Positions 22,190-32,201 of a stretch of 64,000 nucleotides of DNA are shown here, piece after piece. Source of the DNA: Oligoflexia bacterium (GTDB lineage Bacteria > Bdellovibrionota > Bdellovibrionia > JABDDW01); NCBI GenBank assembly GCA_043732305.1, contig JAYTHU010000231.1, positions 1-64,000 of the forward strand, given 5' to 3'. Within the stretch, counting starts at the first letter, position 1. Each line of letters begins with the position of its first letter. The notes beneath the pieces are model-generated. The model was given only the letters and a program-made list of their open reading frames with translations. It had not been told where the DNA came from and ran no database searches. A program made the translations under genes and the position numbers.

Positions 22190-23446
22190 TTACATTTGTT
22201 TTATGATTTCAGTCCCAAATTCAGAGCATTTCAAAAGTTTTGCGCCCTTCATGAGTCGTTCGAAATCATAGGTTACAGTTTTATTTTCGATGGCTTTGGT
22301 CAAACCTTTTTCGATAAGAGCCGCAGCTTCTTTCCAGCCCAAATATTCGAACATCATCGCCCCGCTCAGAATCACGGAACCTGGATTGACTTTGTCTTGG
22401 CCAGCGTACTTAGGAGCTGTGCCATGGGTGGCTTCAAAGACAGCAAAGCCGTCTCCAATATTTCCACCAGGAGCAATTCCTAATCCGCCAACTTGTGCTG
22501 CTAACGCATCACTGATGTAATCGCCATTTAAATTAGGAGTTGCAAGTACAGAGTATTCATCAGGACGGAGCAAAGCTTGCTGGAACATATTGTCAGCGAT
22601 TCTATCTTTGATCATGATTTTCCCAGCAGGAGTTTTTCCGCCGAACTTTTCAAAGACTTCATTCTCTGTGATCGTTTGATCGGCAAATTCTGTGGCGGCT
22701 ACCTGATAGCCCCAGTCTTTGAACGCGCCTTCTGTGTATTTCATGATGTTGCCCTTGTGAACAAGAGTCACACTGGGGCATTTCTTTTCGATGGCGTATT
22801 CAATCGCTTTTTTAACCAAACGCTTGGATCCAAATTCACTCATGGGCTTCACACCAATGGCAGAATTTGGCCTGACGTCTTTTTTAAATTTCTTTATCAG
22901 CGCGATCATTTCGTTGGCTTCAGGAGATCCTGCTTGCCATTCGATTCCCGCGTAAACATCTTCGGTGTTTTCACGGAAGATTGTCATATTCACTTTTTGT
23001 GGTTCAACGACGGGTGAAGGAACACCAGGATACCATTTGACAGGGCGAATACAGGCGTAGAGGTCGAGTTCTTTTCTCATCGCCACATTCAGAGACCGCA
23101 TGCCACCACCAACTGGAGTGGACAAAGGACCTTTGATCGCCACAACAAATTCACGAACGGCATCTAAAGTTTCCGGCGGGAAGAATTGACCGTTATAAAC
23201 TTTGGATGCTTTGTCACCGGCGTAGATTTCCATCCAGCTGACTTTGCGTTTGCCATTGTAAGCTTTTTCGACGGCTGCGTCGAAAACACGAACGCTTGCC
23301 TGCCAGATGTCGGCACCAGTGCCATCACCTTCAATAAAAGCGATAATGGGATTTTCCGGGACATTTAAATCACCATTTGCTCCCACGGTGATTTTTTGTC
23401 CTGCGGGGACTTTTATTTTTTCGTATTGAGCCCTCATTTGAGTCAT
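22190..23446 (-). CDS. icd: NADP-dependent isocitrate dehydrogenase
   Basis: [51 protein letters not shown]. Confidence 0.97.
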   Translation of the reverse strand: MTQMRAQYEKIKVPAGQKITVGANGDLNVPENPIIAFIEGDGTGADIWQASVRVFDAAVEKAYNGKRKVSWMEIYAGDKASKVYNGQFFPPETLDAVREFVVAIKGPLSTPVGGGMRSLNVAMRKELDLYACIRPVKWYPGVPSPVVEPQKVNMTIFRENTEDVYAGIEWQAGSPEANEMIALIKKFKKDVRPNSAIGVKPMSEFGSKRLVKKAIEYAIEKKCPSVTLVHKGNIMKYTEGAFKDWGYQVAATEFADQTITENEVFEKFGGKTPAGKIMIKDRIADNMFQQALLRPDEYSVLATPNLNGDYISDALAAQVGGLGIAPGGNIGDGFAVFEATHGTAPKYAGQDKVNPGSVILSGAMMFEYLGWKEAAALIEKGLTKAIENKTVTYDFERLMKGAKLLKCSEFGTEIIKQM

Positions 23447-23552
23447 ACGGTCTCCTTGAGAAAGTGATGTTAGATTTTTTTATGTACCTATAGTTTTTAG
23501 CTTTAAATAGAAAGTCATTGCAACCTCTTTGAAGGCCAGTCAGTATCTTTAT

Positions 23553-24314
23553 GTGGAAGTCATCCAGCTCAAAAACATTTCCCATACTTTTGATGCACAC
23601 GGCTCCTGTGTCACGCCGCTTTTTTCTGGAGTAAACCTTGCGATGCGTCGAGCAGAACGGCTTGTGCTTGTCGGGCCCAGTGGACAAGGGAAATCCACAC
23701 TTCTCAAAATTATTTCTGGCCTTATTCCACCCTCCCAAGGCGAAGTTTTAATTCATGGACAGAACGTTTACAAATCCTCACGTTTGATTCGTAAAACTCT
23801 CATGGATAAAATTGGAATGCTTTTTCAAAAGAACGCTCTCTTTGATTCGTTGACGGTTGGCGAAAATTTGGCGTTTCCTTTGAGAGAAGTTTATAAAAAC
23901 TTAAGTGAAGCGGATATCATTAAACGAGTAGAGAAATTTTTAACGGCGGTTGATTTAGAAAACACCTCTCAGCTTTTCACCGATGAAATTTCGGGTGGAA
24001 TGCAAAAAAGAGTTGGAATCGCTCGAGCGCTAGTTCTTACTCCTGAGATAATTCTCTACGATGACCCCACAGCCGGTCTTGACCCAATCACCAGTAGAAT
24101 CATTGTCGATCTGATTTTAAAATTACAAAAAGAATTTTTCAGCACTATTGTGATTATCACCAATGACATGCAGAGAGCATACCAAATAGCTGACAGAATT
24201 GCCGTGCTGATCGATGGGAAATTGATCATCACGGGGTCAGTGGAGGAAACCAAAAAATTTCCTAACGAGCGAATTCAGGATTTTATCACCGGCAGGTTTT
24301 CCGATGTCAATTGA
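23553..24314 (+). CDS. MlaF-like ABC ATPase 1 (Walker B E->D, H-loop H->N)
   Basis: GPSGQGKST, LFQKNALFDS, ISGGMQKR, LYDDPTAGLDP, ITND. GTG 23553 is the likely start. Confidence 0.9.
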   Translation: MEVIQLKNISHTFDAHGSCVTPLFSGVNLAMRRAERLVLVGPSGQGKSTLLKIISGLIPPSQGEVLIHGQNVYKSSRLIRKTLMDKIGMLFQKNALFDSLTVGENLAFPLREVYKNLSEADIIKRVEKFLTAVDLENTSQLFTDEISGGMQKRVGIARALVLTPEIILYDDPTAGLDPITSRIIVDLILKLQKEFFSTIVIITNDMQRAYQIADRIAVLIDGKLIITGSVEETKKFPNERIQDFITGRFSDVN

Positions 24315-25038
24315 AATTAGAAATTTGCAGAAAAGCTTTGGCGCAAAAAAGGTTTTACGTGGCATCGACATCGAAGTGGGAAAAGGCGAAATACTTTTTG
24401 TCATAGGAAGATCAGGAACCGGAAAATCCGTGATGTTGAAAAACATTGTAGGCTTGCTGCAACCTGATGGCGGGGAGATTTTCCTTGATGGCAAGAAAAT
24501 CTCAAACCTTTCTGAGTTGGAATACTTTCCTATCCGCCGAAGATGCGGCATGGTTTTTCAACAGCCCGCACTTTTTGATTCCATGACGATTTTCAACAAC
24601 ATTGCTTTCGGGCTGAGAAAACATTTTCCAAATCTGACCGAAAAAGAAATTTCTGATCGAGTGCGGAAAAATTTGGAGCTTGTGAACCTCAAGGGAGTCG
24701 AAAATAAATTCCCAAACACCATTAGCTACGGAATGCAAAAACGTGTGAGCTTGGCGCGAACAATTGCTCTCGAGCCAGATTATCTTTTATTTGATGAACC
24801 TACTACTGGACTTGATCCGGTCACAACGACTGCTATCAATCAACTGATTGCGGCTCTCTCCCACAAGCTTCACGTCACTTCCGTGGTTGTCTCTCACGAT
24901 ATGAAATGCGCACTTGAAATCGCCGATCGCATCATCCTTTTACATGAAGGCAACATCGCAGATCAAGGAACTCCCGAGCAAATGAGAAAATCCAAACATC
25001 CTTTGGTTCAGGATTTTTTGAGAGACGTTGTAACATGA
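24304..25038 (+). CDS. MlaF-like ABC ATPase 2 (degenerate signature ISYGM)
   Basis: GRSGTGKSV, VFQQPALFDS, ISYGMQKR, LFDEPTTGLDP, VSHD. Confidence 0.9.
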   Translation: MSIEIRNLQKSFGAKKVLRGIDIEVGKGEILFVIGRSGTGKSVMLKNIVGLLQPDGGEIFLDGKKISNLSELEYFPIRRRCGMVFQQPALFDSMTIFNNIAFGLRKHFPNLTEKEISDRVRKNLELVNLKGVENKFPNTISYGMQKRVSLARTIALEPDYLLFDEPTTGLDPVTTTAINQLIAALSHKLHVTSVVVSHDMKCALEIADRIILLHEGNIADQGTPEQMRKSKHPLVQDFLRDVVT

Positions 25039-25802
25039 TAACTTCTTTAACAAACATCTTCGATGAAATCGGCGGAGCACTTTTATTCTTAAGAGAAATT
25101 CTTGTGACAATGTGGAAAACTCCACCCGACCGCGCAAGCGTTCTCCAACAAATCTACAGCGTGACTGCACAATCTTTAACGACAACATTATTCTCTGGTT
25201 TCTTTGTTGGCGGAATTTTGACCATTCAATTTTGCGCTCAACTCAAACAATTCGATGCGCTCAGTGTCCTCGGTGGCCTCTCCACAAGTGCCACCATTCG
25301 CGAACTTGGCCCGCTGCTCATTGCTTTCATGTTGAGCGGTAAAGTTGGCGCTTACACCTCCGCCGAATTAGGGACAATGCAAGTCACAGAGCAGATTGAT
25401 GCCATGAGATGCTTGGGAACAAATCCAATTCAATACATTGTGGTGCCACGTTTTATAGGAATTATCGTCAGTAGTTTTTTCCTACTGCTGGCAGGGATGC
25501 TCATTTCTATCTTTGGTGGCGCTCTACTAGGAGTTGTCGTAGCAGGAATGAATATGAGCCGTTACATTAGTGCTATTCCCAATTACGTGAATGGCGCAAG
25601 TATCACCAGCGGACTAGTCAAATGTTTTATGTTTTCGCTCCTGCTTGCGGCGATTTGCACTTACAAAGGTTACTCCGCGCGCGGTGGCTCAAAAGGAGTT
25701 GGTCGCGCGGTGATTGCAACTGCTCTTTCCACAATGGTAGGCATCACGCTCCTCGACTGGTTCACTAGTTTTATTCTCAATGCGATAGAGAAAGGGATGT
25801 AA
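25035..25802 (+). CDS. MlaE-family permease 1
   Basis: RELGP, SAELGTMQVTEQIDAM..LG.NP..Y.VVPR, GG..GVG.A. Confidence 0.92.
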   Translation: MITSLTNIFDEIGGALLFLREILVTMWKTPPDRASVLQQIYSVTAQSLTTTLFSGFFVGGILTIQFCAQLKQFDALSVLGGLSTSATIRELGPLLIAFMLSGKVGAYTSAELGTMQVTEQIDAMRCLGTNPIQYIVVPRFIGIIVSSFFLLLAGMLISIFGGALLGVVVAGMNMSRYISAIPNYVNGASITSGLVKCFMFSLLLAAICTYKGYSARGGSKGVGRAVIATALSTMVGITLLDWFTSFILNAIEKGM

Positions 25803-25804
25803 CC

Positions 25805-26593
25805 ATGTCACTTTCAAGTTTCACGGATAAAACAGGAGCCCAAATCATTACATTTTCCAAAAGTTCTGTAGCCTGGCTTGACTACTTGATTGAATTTGTG
25901 ATGACTTTGTTTTCACCACCGTTTCGATTCAAAGAAACTATCGATCAAATTTATTTTATTGGTTTTAAAAGCGCCCCGGTAGTTTTATTTTCCGTGAGTT
26001 TTGCAGCGGGAGTGACGATTCTAGAATATTCTTACCATATCAATTTGGTTATTCATTCCACGGATCTTGTTCCTGGATTTGCAGCACTGCTGGTTTTAAG
26101 AGAATTGGGAGCGGTCATCACAGCACTCCTGCTCACTTCGCGAGTGGGAGCAGGGATTGCAGCAGAAGTTGGCACCATGAAAGTTAGCGAACAACTAGAC
26201 GCACTCAAACTTCTAAACATCGATCCTATGCGATATTTAGTCGTTCCACGTTTTACTGCGAGTATATTTTCTTCGGTTCTGTTAGTCATTTTTGCCAATG
26301 CTACTTGCCTCTTTTTCTGCATGCTCATCAGTGTTCACAATCTGCACTTCACCCAAGAAGCTTTCTTAAATGCGATGGTTCATTTCGCTTCGTTTAAAGA
26401 TGTTGTCTTAGCAATGGTGAAAGCCGCGGTATTTGGAAGTGTGATTCCAGTGGTGAGTTGTTTCTACGGATTCAATTGTGAAGGCGGAGCGGAAGGTGTT
26501 GGCACCGCCACAACAAAAGCCGTTGTCACTAATGCCATTTTAATAATTATGCTGGATTTCATTCTGACCTATATGTTTAGCTTTCTTTATTGA
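25805..26593 (+). CDS. MlaE-family permease 2
   Basis: RELGA, AEVGTMKVSEQLDAL, YLVVPR, GGAEGVG.ATT.AVV. Confidence 0.92.
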   Translation: MSLSSFTDKTGAQIITFSKSSVAWLDYLIEFVMTLFSPPFRFKETIDQIYFIGFKSAPVVLFSVSFAAGVTILEYSYHINLVIHSTDLVPGFAALLVLRELGAVITALLLTSRVGAGIAAEVGTMKVSEQLDALKLLNIDPMRYLVVPRFTASIFSSVLLVIFANATCLFFCMLISVHNLHFTQEAFLNAMVHFASFKDVVLAMVKAAVFGSVIPVVSCFYGFNCEGGAEGVGTATTKAVVTNAILIIMLDFILTYMFSFLY

Positions 26594-26608
26594 GAGAGGA
26601 AAATTTCA

Positions 26609-27385
26609 GTGACGATTCAAAGAAAAGTTGGTTTCATGTTTTTTGCTGGCATTATCATGCTGGTGATATTTGCCTGGTTAATGGGCGCACTCAACCCGTT
26701 CCTCAACAATTATAATATTTTCGTTCTTTATAATTACGCCGGCGGCATTGAAGTAGGATCCCCCGTCAGAGTTATGGGAATTAAAGTTGGAAAAGTAGAG
26801 AGCATTGATTTCGACACTTCTCAAAAAGACGAAAAAGGGGAAGAAGTTAAACTTAGAATTAAAATCAGCATCGACAAAAAAGCTCACGATAGCGTGCGAA
26901 AAGATTCAAAATTTTTCGTCAATCTAGCAGGAATTATTGGCGAGAAGTTTTTGGAAATTTCTCCCGGTTCCATGAGTACCCCGGCGCTGGATGAGAACGC
27001 CCGAATCCGCGGCGAAGATCCTCCACGTATTGATCAACTTATTTCTCAAAGTTACGGATTAGCGGGTAAAGTTGTTGATCTCATTTCTAAAAACGAAGGC
27101 AGCATCACCCACACGCTTGTTCTGCTAGACAGCCTAGTGACAAAACTGAATACAACTCTTGTTCAACTCGATAAAACGACCAAAGATGTGGAAGTTTCTA
27201 AGCTTCTTAAAAACCTAGTGGAAATTTCTGAAGGCGCAAGAGAACTCACTGACCGAGTGCGCACTCCCGAAGGCAAACGAACGCTTGAGCTCATTCACGA
27301 CTTGATCTGGAGATTAGAGCCGATGGACAGAGCCGCCATAAAAGAATTTCTGCAAAAAGACGGAATTCGAGCTAAGATTTTCTAA
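26609..27385 (+). CDS. MlaD/MCE-domain protein
   Basis: N-terminal TM, AGGI..GSPV...GI.VG.V..I, GIIGEKFLEI.PG, helical tail. Confidence 0.9.
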   Translation: MTIQRKVGFMFFAGIIMLVIFAWLMGALNPFLNNYNIFVLYNYAGGIEVGSPVRVMGIKVGKVESIDFDTSQKDEKGEEVKLRIKISIDKKAHDSVRKDSKFFVNLAGIIGEKFLEISPGSMSTPALDENARIRGEDPPRIDQLISQSYGLAGKVVDLISKNEGSITHTLVLLDSLVTKLNTTLVQLDKTTKDVEVSKLLKNLVEISEGARELTDRVRTPEGKRTLELIHDLIWRLEPMDRAAIKEFLQKDGIRAKIF

Positions 27386-27395
27386 GGGGTGAACT

Positions 27396-28028
27396 ATGCG
27401 CAAAAATAATTTTAAAGTTTTCTTAGCTCTTCTCACGGTGCCCTTTGCACTGACTTTAACAAGTAGTGAGGGCTTCGCTCGAAAACAAATTCAGGAAGAC
27501 GACAGCGTAGACACTGTTGAAAAATCACAAGTACCCTTCAAAGAAGCTGAATCTGGCGTTGAAATGAGAAAAATTCGCAGATTTGGAGTCGGACTTCAGG
27601 CCGCAGGTTCACTTGGTTTAGGCGGAGCGATTTTAGATTTGAACTTCACACCCAATTGGAGTTTTGGCGCGGGCTTTGGCGGTGGTGAAGGCTTTCAATC
27701 GTTCATGTTTCAAGGGAGATACGTTCTTGCCGGCGATTGGCTCATGCCATACTTAGCTTTCGGTTACACCAATTGGGCAAGCACGGGCAAAGGCACAATC
27801 ACAAAATCCACCCCTTCTTATTTAGCCGATAAAATTTTGACTGGTGACGAACGACAATCCGGCCAATTTCAAAAAAATCTTTTCTTCCCATCGTTTGGAT
27901 TACAATTTATGCAGCTTCATGGTGACTGGGCTGGATTTTCCCTCTTTGGTGAAATTTCTGCCATGCTCGATTTAACACAATTTGTGGCTGCACCGACAGG
28001 TTCTCTCGGCGTACTTTATTACTTTTAA
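27396..28028 (+). CDS. Small outer-membrane beta-barrel protein
   Basis: Signal peptide, alternating amphipathic strands, C-terminal aromatic YYF BAM-type signal; last gene of the MCE operon. Confidence 0.65.
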   Translation: MRKNNFKVFLALLTVPFALTLTSSEGFARKQIQEDDSVDTVEKSQVPFKEAESGVEMRKIRRFGVGLQAAGSLGLGGAILDLNFTPNWSFGAGFGGGEGFQSFMFQGRYVLAGDWLMPYLAFGYTNWASTGKGTITKSTPSYLADKILTGDERQSGQFQKNLFFPSFGLQFMQLHGDWAGFSLFGEISAMLDLTQFVAAPTGSLGVLYYF

Positions 28029-28029
28029 T

Positions 28030-29643
28030 TTATTCGATGGGCATCGCGGTGGATTCAGGCTTGTTAGTTTTTCTTAAAGGGAGATCTTTCAACATGAAAG
28101 CAATCACCACACCAATCATCAGTAAAAAAGTTCCCAGCATAAAAACTCGATGAAGTGCTTCCGTGAGTCCAATCTTTGCTGCGACTTTTACGGCTTCAAT
28201 CATGGCCGTGGCATTTTGACCAAAACCTTCAAATGCTTTTTTCATGATCATGTCATCTCCAGCATGCAAGAGACTCTGAGGATTTTCTAATTTCTTGAGC
28301 TGCTCCATGGGGATCACGTCTAAATAATGTGGTGGGAGAGATCTGTAAAATGCCGGTGCAAATTGATTGGCTAATACTGATCCAAAAACAGCGGCACCTA
28401 GTGAACCACCAATCGATCTGACAAATTGAACTGTCGCAGTGATTGCACCCACAAATTTAACTTCCACCGCATTTTGCACTGCCAGATTAAACACTGGCAT
28501 GGTTGCGCCAAGACCCAAACCCATGACAATCATATTTCTGACGACAGTATAGTAGTGAGTGGTGGCGTCCATTCTCGAAAGTAAAAACATTCCTAAAAGA
28601 TTTAGAAATACTCCAACAATTGCAACCACTCTGTAGCGGCCAATTTTTGTAATGATTTGCCCTGAAGCGATACTACACAAAATCAAAGACAACGTGAGTG
28701 GCATCATGACTGCGCCACTCTTGGTCGCCGAAGTTCCAATCACTGCTTGAATAAAAAGAGGAATAAAAAGTGTAGTGCCGAACATTCCCATGGCCACAAT
28801 CAAAGCGGCCGACATTGAAGTCCAAATCACTTTATTTTTAAACAACGTCAAAGGAACAATGGGCTCACTCGCTTTTGTTTCGATGTAAAAGAAAACTCCA
28901 AGCATGATGATCGCACCCGTGATGAAACCTCTGATCAGTAAAGAATTCCAAGCGTAGTCCCGTCCCCCCCAACTGAGTGCGAGTAGAAGAGGAACCACCC
29001 AAAGAACCAGCGAAATCGCTCCTGCGTAATCAATTTTCGGTTTGGCCTTTCGCTTCACCTTGATATGTGGAAAAAAGAAAATGAGAATGAGAATAGCGAT
29101 CACGCCAATAGGTAAATTCACATAAAATACATAGCGCCATCCCGGACCATCGGTAAGAAATCCCCCAACGGCTGGACCAACCACACTGGCAAATCCAAAA
29201 ACTGCGCCCATGATTCCCGTCACGCGACCGCGACGCGCGGGTGGAAATAAATCAGCAATGGTTGTGAAGGCCATCGACTGAGTGATGCCCGCGCCTAAAC
29301 CTTGGATTCCGCGGAAAGTAATCAGCTGCGCCATGCTCTGCGCACCTCCGCAAAGCACGCTCGCTACAATAAATAAAGTCACACCCATCAGTAGAAAAAA
29401 TTTGCGTCCGTAAAAATCACTTAATTTTCCGGCAATCGGAACCGCGGTTGTAGCGGCCACCATGTAAGCGGTTAAAACACCTGAATAGTGTTGAAAGCCG
29501 TGGAGATCGGAAATAATTCGCGGCATGGCGGTGCCCACAATTGTTTGGTCAAGTGCTGCTAGAAGCATAGCCGCAACCACGCCTGTCATTGTGGCAAAAA
29601 CAACTCGTGGTGGAAGATCGTGGTACGCCTCGTGATGAGCCAT
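28030..29643 (-). CDS. DHA2 (EmrB/QacA-type) MFS efflux transporter
   Basis: LAALDQTIV.TA.P.I, GKLSD.YGRK, GP.VGG.LTD..GWR..FY.NLP; 14-TM pattern. Confidence 0.92.
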   Translation of the reverse strand: MAHHEAYHDLPPRVVFATMTGVVAAMLLAALDQTIVGTAMPRIISDLHGFQHYSGVLTAYMVAATTAVPIAGKLSDFYGRKFFLLMGVTLFIVASVLCGGAQSMAQLITFRGIQGLGAGITQSMAFTTIADLFPPARRGRVTGIMGAVFGFASVVGPAVGGFLTDGPGWRYVFYVNLPIGVIAILILIFFFPHIKVKRKAKPKIDYAGAISLVLWVVPLLLALSWGGRDYAWNSLLIRGFITGAIIMLGVFFYIETKASEPIVPLTLFKNKVIWTSMSAALIVAMGMFGTTLFIPLFIQAVIGTSATKSGAVMMPLTLSLILCSIASGQIITKIGRYRVVAIVGVFLNLLGMFLLSRMDATTHYYTVVRNMIVMGLGLGATMPVFNLAVQNAVEVKFVGAITATVQFVRSIGGSLGAAVFGSVLANQFAPAFYRSLPPHYLDVIPMEQLKKLENPQSLLHAGDDMIMKKAFEGFGQNATAMIEAVKVAAKIGLTEALHRVFMLGTFLLMIGVVIAFMLKDLPLRKTNKPESTAMPIE

Positions 29644-29814
29644 TATTTAGTGGAATTCTCCTATGGGGTTTCTATCTAGTAAATGATAACGCAATTTGTG
29701 AACAGTTGTAAAATTTTTCAGCTCCAAAACGAATGTAGGCTCAGCGTGACGCGCTGATTAAAGCACCAAAATTTGATTTGTACCGGCGTACTTTGTCCTA
29801 TTAGAATAGTTCTC

Positions 29815-30609
29815 ATGAAATCCCCTCGCCTCCCTAGTCTGTTCATTGGCCATGGTTCACCGATGAATGCAATCGCAGACAATGAATTCACTGAAATGCT
29901 TAAAAAACTTGGCGGAGAACTTCCTAAACCCGAGGCGGTTTTATGTATTTCGGCACATTGGTTGACCAAGGGCACGTGGATCACTCATATGAAACAGCCG
30001 CGCACGATTCATGATTTTCATGGATTTCCACAACCGCTTTTTGACATTCAATATCCTTCACCCGGTAGTCCCGAAATTGCCGAACTTGTGAGTCGCTTGG
30101 TTGAAAAACCTCAGGTTATTTTAGATGACGAAACATGGGGCCTTGATCACGGGACTTGGTCCGTGCTCCGACACCTCTATCCTAAAGCAGATATTCCTGT
30201 TTTACAAATGAGCATAAATATCGAGCAACCCTCCAGTTATCATTTTGAGCTTGGTAAAAAGCTGCGTGTCCTGCGCGAAAATGGAATTTTAGTGTTGGGT
30301 AGCGGAAACATCGTTCATAATCTCCGACAAATCAAGTGGGAGGCAGACGCGGAACCTTTTGATTGGGCGGAAGCTTTTGATCAGTGGGCTAAGGAAAAAC
30401 TTTTAGAACGTGATTTTGACTCTCTCGTTTCGAAAGCGAGTTTATCTCCGGCGGGAAAGTTGAGCATACCTACACCAGAACATTATTATCCTTTGCTTTA
30501 TGTTTTAGGATCAAGTGATGACAAAGACGATCTCCGATTTGAGTTTGAAGAAATTCAAAATGGATCTATATCTATGAGAAGCCTAAGTTTTGGGAGGAAA
30601 TCAAAATGA
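29815..30609 (+). CDS. ygiD: 4,5-DOPA extradiol dioxygenase (YgiD/LigB family)
   Basis: FIGHGSPMNA, ISAHW, IHDF.GFP, GLDHGTW, GSGNIVHNL, PTPEHY.PLLY. Confidence 0.92.
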   Translation: MKSPRLPSLFIGHGSPMNAIADNEFTEMLKKLGGELPKPEAVLCISAHWLTKGTWITHMKQPRTIHDFHGFPQPLFDIQYPSPGSPEIAELVSRLVEKPQVILDDETWGLDHGTWSVLRHLYPKADIPVLQMSINIEQPSSYHFELGKKLRVLRENGILVLGSGNIVHNLRQIKWEADAEPFDWAEAFDQWAKEKLLERDFDSLVSKASLSPAGKLSIPTPEHYYPLLYVLGSSDDKDDLRFEFEEIQNGSISMRSLSFGRKSK

Positions 30610-31991
30610 AACAGCTTACCGCCTTTGATTTTAAATTGGGAATGGCTTTTATAGGATTGATCATTCTTGCTTTGGCAATATCCGTCACTGCTGCTTACGG
30701 GCTGAATGAAACAATTAAGACCAGCAGATCTATTGTCGACAATTATGCCCAAGATTTGATCATCTCCGAAAGACTGCGAGCCGAAGAAGAAGCATTGGTT
30801 AGCGCAAGTCGTGGATACCTCATCACCAAGAATCACAGTTTTTTAGCTCGTGAAAACGAGGCACTTGAAAAATTTCTAAAAGATTTGAACACTTTGAAAT
30901 CCGAAGACTCTCCAGCCGAACATCGAAAATTAATACTAGCAATGGAAACGGCAAGCGGCTTTTATCTCAAAATCTTGAATGATTTTATGTCAGCTCACTC
31001 TGATAAAAGCCTCAAGATACTCGCAAAGGCATTTGAAATAAATCTACAACCTCGCCATGATGCTTTCCAAGCGTCAGTTTTAAACTTTGTGAGATACACA
31101 AAAAAGCAACTGGAAGAACAAAAAGTTCTGATCAATCAAACCAATGAAAAGTTTTTAAATATTTTCGTAGCTGTGAGCATCTTTGCGATCACTCTTTCTA
31201 TTTGGCTGGCGGCATTTATTTTAAGATCTTCTTCTCGCCAATTGAGAAGAACTCAAGACGCAGTAAAAATTCGTGAGGAAGTGGTCGAGACGGTCGCCCA
31301 CGATCTTAAAAATCCTATTGCAGCAATCAAACTGAGCAATGATCTTTTACTTTTTTCAGCTCTGAAAAATGGCAACCTCACTTTAGCGGACGTTCAAAAA
31401 CGAAATAAAAATATTGATCGAGCTTTGAATCGTGCCACGGCCATAATCAACAGTCTCCTCGATCTCACCAAACTTAAAAACAATTCTCTGACGCTCGAAA
31501 AGAAAAATGTTTCGCTTCAGGGATTACTGCAGGAAGTTTTCGAACTTTTTGAGTTGGCAACTAAAGAGAAGAATATTCAGTTCGAGCTGCGTCAAGGTGA
31601 CCAATTACCGTCACTCTTTTGTGATAGCGAAAGAATCATTCAAGTTCTTTCTAATCTTATGAACAACGCAATCAAATTTTCTCCAGCTGGTTCACAAATT
31701 ACTTTAGGAGCTGATCCTGTTGGGCCAGACATGGTTTTTTATATCTCTGACAAAGGACCTGGAATTTCTGAGCAAGAGCAAAAACATATTTTTGATCGCT
31801 ATTGGCAAACTGATTCCTCTAAGAAAAAAGGGACCGGCCTGGGACTTGCCATATGCCGAGGAATTGTCGACAGTCATAAAGGGAGAATCTGGGTCGAGAG
31901 CTCTACTCGCGGTTCCACATTTTCATTTTCAATCCCCCGCTCGAAAGATAAAAAGATTGCCGGAAGATCAACTGAACTCGGGATGTTTTAA
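30606..31991 (+). CDS. Membrane sensor histidine kinase (CHASE3-like periplasmic domain)
   Basis: Two TMs, VAHDLKNP H-box, NL..NAIKF, D.GPGI, GTGLGL. Confidence 0.9.
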   Translation: MKQLTAFDFKLGMAFIGLIILALAISVTAAYGLNETIKTSRSIVDNYAQDLIISERLRAEEEALVSASRGYLITKNHSFLARENEALEKFLKDLNTLKSEDSPAEHRKLILAMETASGFYLKILNDFMSAHSDKSLKILAKAFEINLQPRHDAFQASVLNFVRYTKKQLEEQKVLINQTNEKFLNIFVAVSIFAITLSIWLAAFILRSSSRQLRRTQDAVKIREEVVETVAHDLKNPIAAIKLSNDLLLFSALKNGNLTLADVQKRNKNIDRALNRATAIINSLLDLTKLKNNSLTLEKKNVSLQGLLQEVFELFELATKEKNIQFELRQGDQLPSLFCDSERIIQVLSNLMNNAIKFSPAGSQITLGADPVGPDMVFYISDKGPGISEQEQKHIFDRYWQTDSSKKKGTGLGLAICRGIVDSHKGRIWVESSTRGSTFSFSIPRSKDKKIAGRSTELGMF

Positions 31992-32201
31992 AGTGATTTC
32001 TTGACCTCAATGTTGCAACGTTTGTAATCGGGATGTGGGCCGAGATTCACAGTTTTGAAACCGAGCTTGTGATACAAATTGATGGCAGGCTCGAGAACTG
32101 TATTTGAGAGAAAAACAATCTCTGTTCCATGCAATATTAAGATCTCGATAGACATTCTTAAATCTGGAATCGTATGTGATTACCGTGGGTTCAGTTTTCA
32201 T
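31988..32201 (-). pseudogene. GNAT acetyltransferase remnant (internal deletion plus frameshift)
   Basis: N-terminus MKTEPTVITYDSRFKNVYRDLNIAW is joined out of frame to a GNAT C-terminus EIVFLSNTVLEPAINLYHKLGF...YKRCNIEVKKSL*; the central core is missing. Confidence 0.7.
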
